From: Orbicella franksi
Taxonomy: Eukaryota
Length of the DNA: 64,000 nt
Reading direction: 5' to 3'
Assembly: GCA_964199315.1 (NCBI GenBank)
Contig: OZ116702.1
Span: 26,474,001-26,538,000 of the forward strand
Shown: in pieces, positions 11,480 to 23,506 of the stretch
How positions within the stretch are numbered: the first letter of the stretch is position 1
Layout of the letters: every line of letters starts with the position of its first letter
Notes under the pieces: generated by a model
Seen by the model: the letters and a program-made list of their open reading frames with translations, nothing else
Told to the model about the DNA's origin: nothing
The model's database searches: none
Translations under genes and position numbers: made by a program

Positions 11480-13822
11480 TTAGTGGTGGAAGTTTCGTTT
11501 GCTTGCGACTTTCTTAAGGTTTCCTCTCTTGTGGTGCTTGCAACATTGGGGTGGGCAGGTCGGTCCGCATCCATCGACACAGGTCTGTCCGCACAGTACA
11601 ACCGGAGGGCCAGCTGGTGGGGGAGGTGGAGGAGGAGGGGGAGGGGGTGGTGGTGGAGCTTGGCAGCAAGAGGGAAGGTTCATAGGAGCACAAACGGAGG
11701 GACAGGGAGCAGGCATGGGCATTGGCATGGGCATCGGTACGGGGCAAGCACTAGGGGGAGTGCATGGTGGCGGCACGGGTGTCATACAGCAGTTCTCCAT
11801 ACAGGCGGGTGCGCACACCTGAGGACATGTGCCAGGGCAGATTCGGGGCTCAGGTTTGGGGGTGGGGACTATAAGAGGAGGAGGTGCTTCACCTGTCTCT
11901 GTAGGTGGAGCTGTGAAGAAAAGAAAAGAAAGGAAAATTAATTGCAGCAATAGCAAGAGAAGGATAAGTAAATTACTAGAAGGACCCTATTGACCTCTTG
12001 GTTCCCTTTCAAAATTCTTCTTACAACGACCCGTCTCACTAATAAATTAAGGAACCCTAGGCCCCCTTTGGGAAGATCTTTTCATAAGTCTATTGCTTAT
12101 CTGGAAGTCTGATTGGCTGCATTGAAACCAACTACGGATCTATACAACTCCACGTTTGCAGTGTCAATTTTAAATCAAAGGCAAATCAGTTCAAATCGGT
12201 TGCACTGTTACATGAACCAAGCTAAAAGTATAAGGTACTCTGGTTAGCAACAATCAAGTTGTACCTTCTTCAGCGGAGCCAGATTCCTCTCCGCTTCCAG
12301 CTGCTGACCCACCTGTAAAAGCAAAAGAACATTCAGGCTCATAAAAATCATAATTATTATAAAATATAACATGATTCTGAATATGGATATCTAAAGAAAT
12401 ATTACATTGAATAGTTTAGTAACAAAACTAAACCTAAAAGTAAAAACAAAGTAAAAAACAACTAACCAACCAACCAACCAACCAACCAACCAAACAAACA
12501 AACAAACAAACAAACAAACAAACAAATGCAAAGAGAGCAAAAATGATATGCATCTCCGCTAAACATTCATTTTGAATTTTCTTAAAGGTAATTTGAAATA
12601 ATTTTAAAACAATGTTATGTAAATATGTATTTTTAAGAACCTCTCAGCCGGCAAATAACATATATGTATTTGCCTAGCATTATGAGGTGGTTGAGGGTCA
12701 AACGGTGAGTACAAGGACGAGTAATTCCAAATAATACCTCTGGCTCGGAAAGAAGTAAACTCGCGTTCCTTACGCTAGAATACCAACTTTGGAACTTATA
12801 CCAAAAGGAAGACGCTTGCGGGCAGCTAATAAACAAATGACGTATGTTTTGATTATCAGAGGGGCAGAAAGGGCAGGATGGGGAGGCAACCTTGTTCATT
12901 TTGCATAATATACTGTTCGTGGCTAAAATGTTGTGTATAATTTTGTGCTGGAACATTGCCAATTTAACTTCTTTTGTGGCTGTGAAAGGCAGAAGATAAA
13001 TTTTATTTAGATTCTCTTTTGTGATGCCGTATGATGAGAGTTTTTTTTCTGAAGTGGAAGGAGGAAGATTTTCTAAGGTTAACAGTTTGTCGTATAACAT
13101 CTTGCACGTTATAGTACAGATTGGTGGCGGGGGTGTAGTAGAGTCGCCAGAATTAACGTGAAGGAGCTTCTTCCAACTTTGAGGGATCGCAGATAAAAGA
13201 CTATGATATTGTAAAAAGTTGCAATTTAGCGTGTATTTATTGCGCAAGGAAAGGAAAGGCTGGAAGCAATTTTGATGCTCCTCAAAAAGGTCTGAAATTT
13301 ACTTTATACCTGCTCGGTGCCAATAAGGCAGATATACCGTTTTTTTGTCAATCGTAATGAATTTGTTGTTCCAGATTGTCTGAGACAGTATCTCGGTCTT
13401 GCTGTGAGGTGTCGTAGACACGATTTCTTACCAATGATGAATAATTTGTTAGTAAAATTCAGGAAGATGGCCATTAAGATCAAGAAAGTTGTGGTCATAA
13501 TTACATTGTAAGAACTCAGTGCCGCCGACAGTAGAGTGAAATGATTTTGGAATATACTTCCACGGTGCATCTGAGTCGGAGCACAGCCGTTTTAACCAAG
13601 TTAGTTTCAAAGCCTTATCGAAAAGAACAAACTCTTTCATGCCAAGACCGCCATCCGATTTCTTCTTGATGAGGGTTTTCTTTTTTATTTTGGCGGGTTT
13701 TTGCTTCCAGATGAAATCGAACACTATTTTATTGACCTCTGTTGCAAAGTTTTTTAGAGTCTCCATAACACTGGAGATAATAAAAGTTTGGAGAGGGCTA
13801 ACGTTTTAACAATATTTATTCT

Positions 13823-13853
<31 letters not shown>

Positions 13854-13895
13854 TCCAAATTAAGCAATTGGAAAGAAGAAGCCTGAAAAAAATCA

Positions 13896-13929
<34 letters not shown>

Positions 13930-14074
13930 GATACCGGTGCGATGCTCTACCAACTGAGCTATGAAGCCACACATTGGGAGCGAGGTCAATTTATTGAGTT
14001 CATATCTTCCCGTGAGGAGTGAAATGATGTGAAGTAAATATGAAATGATTCATATTTGAACTGCGGTTGTAGGT

Positions 14075-14105
<31 letters not shown>

Positions 14106-14149
14106 TCCAATTTAAGCAATTGGAAAGAAGAAGCCTGAAAAAAAAATCA

Positions 14150-14183
<34 letters not shown>

Positions 14184-14252
14184 GATACCGGTGCGATGCG
14201 TTGAAGCCCTGATTTTTTTTCAGGCTTCTTCTTTCCGATTGCTTAAATTGGA

Positions 14253-14283
<31 letters not shown>

Positions 14284-17060
14284 ACCTACAACCGCAGTTC
14301 AAATATGAATCATTTCATATTTACTTCACATAATATTTATTCTACCGTATATAGATAAGTCTCTTCGGGACCAGACACTTAAGGTTTTCTTTAGGGATCC
14401 TAATTTTTCAAAGAAATTTTTCTTATGAGACAATTCTAACTTTCTAAATTTTAACTTTCTACTTGTATCTTGGGATATTTGGTTCAAACATTGTTTTGCT
14501 AACTGCTTCTATGGGACTTAGGTGTTAAGCCACTATTTTATGCTAAGTTCTGAGATTGTACAGGGACCAAAGTTTCGCATTATCCACAGCAGTCCTACTT
14601 ACCAGCAGCACTGCCTGAGGCAGCTCCAGCTTCTTCGGCTTCGGGTTCTTCTGCGGCAGCAGCTTCATCATCCTGTTTCTTGCCTTCATCTGTGATAAAC
14701 GTAAAACAAAACATTCGAGCTCTGTTTTGCTTAGGGAGGAATTCTGAACTTATTCCTGCGAAGTCGGTTGAATTGGTTGCAAAGCTAATCACGCCCAAAA
14801 CTAAACCTTTTGTAGCATGATTTGGCCCACTTGAAGTTCCTCGGGCTCTTTTTTCACCAAATCATCGTTCAATTGTATTGATTTGCCTCCTTCAGAAACT
14901 GGTTCTATTTTTGCTTAACAACTATGACCAAACGGATACATTGTGAGACTGATCACTGTTCATGAGAGAAAAATAGTTGAAATCAGTCGAGTCAAAGCAA
15001 CTACGTCAAGCAAAACGAGTCAATGTTAGGTCAACGTAAGGCAAGAAATTTCAAGTGGTGTCAATTGAATTTAAGTGAAGTGCAGTCAGATCAAGGTAAG
15101 TGAATTGAAGCCGGGTCAGGTCAAGTTAAGTCAAACTAAATCAAAGGCTAACAAAACAAAAGCTATTTTCAGATCAGGAAAGAATTGATAAAGACTCCGG
15201 TTAACTTAAACTTGAAGGTGTCCGTTTTGGGGGAACGGTGCAGTGCATTTCTGCGTAAATCCAGACATTGGACGGGAAATGCGATAAAATTAAAAATTTC
15301 CCCAATAAATAGTGAAAAATTACGTTCTACAATTTTAAATCTGCCACAGAATTTAGGGCAGTTGAAATTCAAGGTATAGCACTGGAGATGAATGATTGCA
15401 AGCCCCAGATCCCCATACGTGTTTCAGTTGTGCCGTGTAAACGCTCGCAAAGTAGCAAAACGCATGCGTAGTTCACAATTACAATGCAATGAGAATTGTA
15501 ATGAGGGTCGGGATGAGGTTAAATTGAAAGCTTAGAAATGGAAAACATTTAAACTGTCTCGAAGCTGAGAAATGACGCTATTGTAAACTAATAGCTGAAA
15601 TATGAGACCTGCAAAATTCACTGATGGCTGAGAAATGGCTTGAAATTAGCTGAGAAATCGCCCAAATTTTAATTGATAACTGAATTTCTATCGACCACAT
15701 CCGGATCGTCTCGTACTTGGTAATACTTCTAAGAGCGAAAAAGGCCAACTATTTAGATAACTCTTACAAACCACTAGAAGTTAGGGGCGTCCCATCCACA
15801 TGCAGGGGTCAGTTGAAACGTGGACAAGAGAGCGAGTCATGTATTACCTTTCACGAGCCCAGAAGAAATGAGAGCTGTTAGAAGCTTACCGTGCTTGGAT
15901 TTCTTGTGTTTTCCTTTGGCAGTGCAGGAGAGAGAGAAAAAAAAGAAACATTTAAAACATAAACTTTACAATGTTTATTCGGAAGAAAAAGTATTGTTCG
16001 TATTTAGTTTATTATTTTTGCTGATGAGGAGTTATCAACAAGTTTCCAACTATATTTACTTGTTTGTACAGTACCTAACAATCAGTTATAATGCTGGAAG
16101 CTGTGAAGCTGTTTTAGGAGTTAATTCAATGAAGGAAATATCTTGTCTGTTTGGGGTATCAAACAAAACACCATCAATGTACCAGTTTTTGATATGAAGT
16201 TACTCTGTTTCACAAATCGAGTAAGCGAGATGCGAAGGGCTGGGCAAAATGACACAATAAGTATAATCTCAATCAGCCAGAATATTTGCAACTTTCTAAC
16301 GCATTCTGACACGTACGTGACATTGATTCTAAAATTAAGATTGGAAGAAAGCAATGGCTAAGTATGTGTAAATTAAAGTCAACTCAAAAAGTCATCGAGC
16401 CAAATTATAGATCACTTGAATTTTCCAATGTCTAATAGTCACTTCACAGCAACATTAAAATAAACAAGTGGTACAATCACTTGAAATTTTCTGAAAGTCA
16501 AAACACTGGGGAAACAAAGAAATACGTGGTAGAGTGAAAATTGCGGTGGGAACCAGCCAGCTCATTTTGTTTGTGATAGACGTCTCGGAACAATTTTGCG
16601 TTCCCCATCCGTTTTATTACTATGTGTACACTTATATAATACTCCTAACCCTATCTAGCAGTAAACTTCACATGGAAAATACCCCTTCAAAGAGCGTTTG
16701 AAATAAGCTAAAAAAAAAAAGACAATTATAGGTGTCCCATCATAGAAGATGAAGAGAACAACACATTGAATGCAATGAAATATTAACTCGTTGAACTTAT
16801 CCAACCGTGGCACAAAGAAATGCAGTTAAGTTGGGTTGATATGCTTTCTAGACAAATAAAAGCACAGAAGATGTTTCTGCTTTCAGACTCACTGGCATTA
16901 ATGGAAAAAAAAAAAATTTCTTTTTTCTTAAACCACAATGCGATCAATTTGAGATACGTCCAAGAAAGATTCGCTTACCTTTTAGTGACTTGGCATCCAC
17001 ATTCAATGTGGAAAGAGTTAGACCTAAAAGCACGAGAAATACGAAAAATCTAAGCCTCAT
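11480..17060 (-). CDS. Gene B isoform 1: secreted collagen-less tri-CRD protein with acidic Ser-Gly region (cnidocyst wall/tubule candidate), 223 aa
   Basis: Exons 17060-16979 (signal MRLRFFVFLVLLGLTLSTLNVDA-KSLK), 15913-15890 (24-nt microexon KHKKSKH), 14689-14603, 12312-12265 and 11910-11480. All introns are phase 1 GT-AG. CRDs CPGTCPQVCAPACMENCC and CGQTCVDGCGPTCPPQCC are canonical, with polyPro between them. AATAAA on the minus strand at 11245-11250. Confidence 0.85.
12464..13790 (-). mobile_element. 5'-truncated, frameshifted L1/Tx1-like LINE with (AACC)n(AAAC)n tail region, inside a gene B intron
   Basis: ORF fragments 13449-13766 (FDFIWKQKP.KIKK..L...KSDGGL), 13304-13570 and 12633-13247 (zf-RVT-like CPFCPSDNQNIRHLFISC). 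Microsatellite at ~12464-12526. Confidence 0.85.
13823..14331. mobile_element. tRNA-derived repeat insertion: tandem unit plus inverted copy, 12-bp target-site duplication
   Basis: 252-bp unit starts at 13823 and 14075. Minus-strand tRNA-like core at 13897-13968. Inverted arms 14027-14160 / 14199-14331. Flanked by direct AATATTTATTCT at 13811-13822 and 14332-14343. Confidence 0.85.
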
Positions 17061-18655
17061 TTTCCTGCGGAGAGAAAAAAGAAAAAAACCGTTACTCGTT
17101 GTGGAAGAATTAATCTCAGAGCTAGTGTATTAAATTGTTTTGGCTCGTAACTGTTCTGGTTCACCAGCTTGAAGAGCGGGCGGTTCTCTTGATGAACCAG
17201 AAAATTTTAAGAGCGTTTCTAAGGCGACAGTCTGTTAAAGCTGACAGTAACCTCCCCTTAGTGAATTAAATGAAGCAGAGATTTCAAATTTGAAGAAATA
17301 CCTTCTTTCAATAGCCTTTTCCACCCAGGAGAAACGCTCTTTGTTGTTATTATACTACGGGGCAAAAGACTAGAGAGCAACCCTCGTTATCTACCTCTGA
17401 TGTAAGAATAGGCAAAAGGTTATCGACCTGTCGTTCACGGTACCGGTATTATCCATTGTTCCCTAGCTAATCAAGCGTTGAATTTTTCATGGTCGGTGGA
17501 AGAGGACTGAAACCGTAATGCAAACGTGACCCCGGAAAATTAGCTTGTTCTGGTCAAAGGGCGTCATGGGCCATGCAAATCATCCACCACGAATGCTTGT
17601 AAAATTGGGATGGGATGAAACCCGAGGAATAACAGAAACCACGTGCTCATTTAAGAAGACAAGATAAAGACAGGGATCAAAGAGTTAATAAACATCCGTC
17701 AAGGTGTCGAGAATTTTAATGACTGCGCATGTGCACGCATAATTGTTGAGGAAGAACTTTCAAGTGAATGCTGGTGCTAAGAACCACTACAAACGGCTTC
17801 TGGTGGCTTGCTTTAAAAACTGAACTTTTTCTCAGCTTTTTTCGCTCGAGGATGGATTAATAAAAAAAGGAGTATATGGGAAACTTTGAAATCAGCGTAC
17901 CTGAGCTCGTACAGGCGAAAAGTAAAAATGTTTTGGGGATACACATCCTAAGCAAGAAACCAAATACAGCTTTTCGTCTTGGCCGGCGATCACTTAATTA
18001 TTAAGTGTCACTGGATATGTCAATTTTGTCCTTTATTCTGATGCAGATCAGGTTTCATCTCTCTTATTAAAGAACTGGTTAAAGTCTTTCAGTCCAAGCT
18101 GCGCCAAAAGAGACAAAAAACCTTTCAGCGCTGGCTATTTCGAACCAATCGGGAAACAGTGTTGCAATACCAACTGTCTGCTGGTTAGCTGTTGGTACTC
18201 AAGAGTTGGTCAACAAATCAATTTTCTCACTAGCGCTTGTGGCTTGCCGCGCGCGTGTTATCTCCATAGTTAATCAATGTACAAACTTTTAAATTATAGA
18301 GCGTGGAGCAAATTAGAACAGGAGTCAACGAGACGGTTGATGGATAAAGGCTGCTACATGTCCAGGAAATAAATTTCTTTCCGTCCGGAAATAATCCCAG
18401 TTTTTTAATGCGCATTAATCTTCTCCTGTCTCACTCATCCCTGCCTCTTTTACGCGCGTTGCCGGTTGTTCTAGGAAACCGTTATTTTGAGAATTCTATG
18501 ATTTCAGGAACTTCACACGAAAGAACTCATTTACATGCTAAAAGATCAATATACAACACAGCATTTCAGGTTTCCATTGAGCTGACAATACGTCAATCGT
18601 AGAATCCACGGTCAATAGAGATCAACCCACAACTACGAATAGGCTTTACCTGTAA

Positions 18656-18990
18656 GGCTGGTTTCCATATGATCGCTACGAAAACTGCGACAAACAATGT
18701 CCTGCAATTTATGGGAGGCAGCGTGGCCGAGAGGTTAGGACGCCGGACTTGAAATCAAGAGGTCACAGGTACAAGTCCTGCTCTGACCACTTAGTTGGAG
18801 TTGTTTCTCGGCGGACTCTAGTTCAACTCCTCGGTTAGGCTTATAAATCTGAGAGCTGGTTAGTTGTAGCTAAACATTTTGCATAGCGATCTCAGCAATC
18901 ATTTGAAAACTGGTAGCAGTAGAGTCGATCAACATTTTTTTGTTGCGATCCCAACGATCCTAGCGATCGTAGTAATCGTAGAAACCAGCC
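18656..18990. mobile_element. MITE remnant (GGCTGGTTTC termini) containing a nested tRNA-derived SINE (18713-18848, + strand)
   Basis: Termini aaggctggtttccatatgatcgc and gcgatcg...gaaaccagcctt. The inner sequence has decayed A/B-box tRNA-like 5' part (gggaggcagcgtggccgagaggttagg...ggtacaagtcc). Confidence 0.55.
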
Positions 18991-20564
18991 TTTATAGAAC
19001 AATTGACAGTCCAGGCCATGGCAATGAGGGAACTGATATTCTACCATCTTACTGCTTATGTCACAAAGCCATATTCAATGCTTTTGCAAAGAGCTCGTTC
19101 TTGCAAGCTGAGGGACTGGAGACAATCTCTCGCCCGTGTTTGCAACATTCGGCGCCCAAGCACTATTACATAGTGATGGTATCAGTTTGCGAAAATTTTC
19201 CGAGACCGTAGTTAACATCCCTGAGGGTCTCTAACCAATACAATTTGTCGCCGTTATGGCGCGAAAATGTTCGGAGGGAGAGTCGCAAGTACTTATATTT
19301 TTTTCTTTGTTTAAATATAAGTGTAACACTCTTGCTAATTATGCTTACAAGAGGCCCCGCGGGACATCTGATATTTTCGCGCGCGCGTGAGGTCAATATG
19401 CTAATAAAACTAGTAGTTTAAATTCTGTGGCAAGGGTCAAACTAACATCTTTCGAGTTATATTAGAGCTAGTCATTGTCGCTGTTCTTATAATTTCCTTT
19501 TCGCGATCATCGTCTACCAGAGGTCAATCATTCATTTCGGGAAAAAGCTGTAAGTTTGTGTTTTTCGGGGTTTGTCCGTTCAGCCGTCTAACGTTGTAAA
19601 TAATTGTTTATTTTTGTTCTATTTTCAGTCAAACTCGTTGTCGTGAATAAACTTAAACGTTTGTTCTTTTTTAAAACGATGTTTGGAGACCGATCGAGAT
19701 TGGCTTCGCGATATGGCGGTAACAATAAGAGAATCCAAAATTCGTAGAGTGTTTCAGCAGAAGCTGTTTTGCCCAAGGCAGTACTCGTTCCCCAACTGAA
19801 AACGCCTTTGGGTTCTTTTTATATACACTTTTCGTCGGTTGATACTTGCAATCAGCTTGTCGGCCGAGTGTGATTTCTCCAACTTTTGACAGCACGCAGA
19901 AGTATGAAACAATTGTACGCTACATTTATATATCACCTTATTTTCAAAGGGAAACTAGTCTGGCTTTCAACTCCCTCGTTTAGTTAGACATGTGGGCAAA
20001 ATTTTGTTACTGCCTGGGAGTTACTATCTGTTAAAAGTTAACTGTGTTTTTATTTTCAGTTGATTTGATTTTGAACAGAATGTTAATGAAGATAGCTGAG
20101 GCCAGTTGCGATACTGCGGTTAATTCAGGATGAGATCTCTTTATTGGGTCATATTTTGAGAATCGCATTTAATAACATTGATCTCAACAGTGAAAGTAAG
20201 TCTGCTCGAGGACTTTCTAAGAGAATAGTAGATGTAGATATGAAAGTAATGCTCGAGAACGTTTTGGTGCAGAATCGAATTAGGATGTGATTAGCTGTAT
20301 TCTTTTTTTCTTCTAACCATATTTCTAACTCCAATCGCCGGAGTTGTACCTTAGGGCAGATCGGGGCACTGTGTCATATGCGCAGAAGGCAAAATGAAAG
20401 ACACTATCAGTTTTATTGAAACGTTATTCTCTTTTTTATTTCTTCCGAACTTAAAAAGTTCGTTGATCATTGTATCATTTTACATCAAAATTCCACTATG
20501 AAATTATAGCAAAATAAATAACAGTGGAGAATTTTGCAATAAATTGCAAATTTCGATTCTTAAT

Positions 20565-21753
20565 TCATTTCTTTTTTTGGTAGACTGGGCAACAGCCATT
20601 TGGAGGACCTGGTGGGGCGGGCATACCAGGGGCTCCGGGGGCTCCGGGAGGTCCTGGTGGTCCGGGATCGCCGGCCGGTCCCCTTTGTCCTATATTTCCG
20701 GGGGGCCCCTGCGGTCCGGCGTTACCCTCAGGTCCGGCATACGAAACATATTGTCGCTTGGCTGAAATGAAACACAAATGTCATGTTGAGCATGTTACGT
20801 GCAATAACAACTCATCAGTGCAAATAATTGTCACGATACCCATATATGGTCAGGACGTCTTCATTATCTGTCATCCGTGCATAAAACAGATATCTTGCAA
20901 TACAAGCAGTTTGGCATATTTGGAAGTGTGTTCATAGCCTTCAGTTCTCGCAGAGTTCTACACCACCACATTTATCTAGCTGTAAGGAAATGCGATTCAT
21001 TGCTAAGTTGTTGGACAATGGGAATCACAGTCTTACAGAATTGTCGTCTACATTTAGCCAGCTCGTTCCACCGTTTTGCTAGTTAAATTTCGAGTGACTT
21101 CGCGTGATAATTGAGCAAACTGACATGCTGAACTTAGAAGTCAAAATTCTTATCGGTTGCGAAAAAGTTTCAGAAATTAAATTTGAGTCGTTCTACCAAA
21201 ATTCTACCCTATGTATTTTTAGTTCCCTGTAATAATTGGTGCGTCTTATTTCTACGATGATACGAAGAAAGTCTCAGCTTCTCTGAGAAATGCTTACTTA
21301 GGAACGGTCGCACTAGAGCCAATTTTTACGTTTTTCGAGGCGAGAATAAATTTGTTTATGTACTGTGCACAGGGCCTTCCTTCTGATTTTTCCCTGGCAG
21401 GGCGGGTGGCTGTACACAGGCTAACAGAGTAGAGAATAGATCTCTCTCTTCTGCTTCCCAGGCGTGCATTTTCTTTCCCTTTCATTATTGCAAAGATTGT
21501 TGGTCGTAAAAGTAAATTTCTACTTATAAATCCTTAAATGAATTTTTTAGACCCATTTTTCATAGACAAAAATAAAACGCACACGCTTCCAGCTGTCGTG
21601 TTTTATCTATCTGGTGGTGTAATCCTTGTCGTAAGGAAGTATGTAATAGAATCAAAGTGGAGAAAAGTGCCAACGTATAAAGTACTTACTGTTAAATGCA
21701 CCAGCGGAACAAATCAATCCAAGTGTAAACAACAGTAGAAAGCGGATATCCAT
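20565..21753 (-). CDS. Gene C: minimal minicollagen-like protein without N-terminal CRD or polyproline, 86 aa
   Basis: Exons 21753-21690 ([21 protein letters not shown], donor A|GTAAGT) and 20761-20565 (T-KR-QYVSYA-13 Gly-X-Y-APPGPP-NGCCPVYQKKK*). Probable 5'UTR donor at 22172. Confidence 0.85.
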
Positions 21754-23506
21754 GTTGACTCTCAAATAGACAAAACAAAAATAAATTGTCAGAGAACTTC
21801 ACTTTACTTTATGGACTTTATGATGTGTATATCAAATCTGGCATACTTTAGGGCTAAAATATATAAATTTTACTTCATTTAAATTTATAGAAACATAAAT
21901 CTTTCGTCGTTGAAAATGAAATTCGATTGTTAGTTTAGACATAACGAAAATAGCTCGCATATATGACTAATTTTAAGTTTTGATTTACAGATTAATTCTC
22001 ACATCATCAAGCTTTAAAATAAACCTTTGTTTATAGCCATAAAGCAGCAAACAGACCTACCTTTTAGTATATCTACCAAAACAAATTGTTTAGCATTTAG
22101 CGGTTCACTGACTTTAACCTGTGATCTCAAACTCGATCGAGGACGTAATGCCAAACATATTTCACACCTTACGTCTCCCAGACGACCCGACAACACGCTC
22201 CTGCGCAGTAAAGAGTGAGCAGGTCACTTGTCACCTGGCTAATCGGCGTTTCATTTTCTGTCAACTCGTTTTGTTTTCTTGCTAATCTGGGTACATTAAT
22301 ACAAACACCAAATATGGGCCATGTTATTAAGAGTTTCATGATAATCTTACTGCTAGTGCCTTTTTGTGAGTAACAATGAAATATTGTACGTGGAGCAATG
22401 TTGTTGGTCTGTCACGTGTTATCTTTCTATTCGAATCGCTTGACGTAAGCGAGCTATCCGTTGGCAGGTTAATGAGGTTCGCGCTCAGTGGCTCGGTGGA
22501 ACTGTAAGAGCAATTTTCTGTGAATAAACTTCTGACACCCTTTACAGAGAACAAGACCTTCTCTTAAATGTTTGGTGCACATTGCGTCCCACGAGATTCC
22601 GGCTAAATATCTGCTAGATTCAGAAATAGTGGCCAGGCTCAATCAACAAGCAGGACAGCCAGCTTAAGCCTTGTGGCAAGATTCAAAATTGCGGTCAGAG
22701 ATCAAAATTGCGGCCAGATTCAAGGTGGCATAGAACACCTAAAAGTCAAAGAGCCCTCAGCTGTCAAAAGAATAATGAGATGTGACCTTAAGATGAAATG
22801 GTCAGTTGCTAAGAGTGTGTAGTGTTCCTGGTTGTTGAATTCAAGTTGAAAACCGCCTTTGTTGTCTTGCTTCGATGGATCCCACGGTTTGACATATTCA
22901 CGCATCAGTTGAACTGATGTCAGGCGCACTATTAACTCAACCCTTAACACTTAAGCAGTTGTCACAATTCACCAACCTCAAGGATCATTTTTCAGCTTTT
23001 ACAGATTTGTTAGAAAAGAAAATATGAAAAAAGAAAAGAGGAGAAATGAGAACTACCATTTTCCAAGGGATGAGATTTAATCAAAGACCTCAGGAATTGT
23101 TAATAAAAGCGGATTTATTTTCTCACCTTATATTATTTACTACATGTCGTTGCTATATTTGATACTCGTTTTAACTGTTTTTAATTATTTTTTTGGTATT
23201 ATTTCTGCAGCCGGTAATCAGACCAACTTTGCTTATTATAATATAATCTTTAAGCACTTCTCTTTTAAAGCGAAAGAAGAAGTTAATAATAGAAAATAAA
23301 TCTCTTTCTCCAGATAAGCATAAAAGAAAAGCATATTTTAAAAAGTAACGTCGACGTTCGAAAGCCGTACCGTTTAATTATCTGATAGCTATAATATAGA
23401 AAATACTTTCCATACGTGCACGTGTACAGTGTTTATACCAAAAGAAAGAGCTGCATTTATCCAAAATTTTTAACATGGATTCCATGGTGGAGAAAGCTCG
23501 AAACAT

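Noticed and set aside
13897-13968. tRNA-Thr(GGT)-like cloverleaf on the minus strand
   Set aside because: Embedded in a tandem/inverted repeat with TSD, with a mismatched anticodon stem and partial second copies. Treated as repeat-derived, not a functional tRNA gene.
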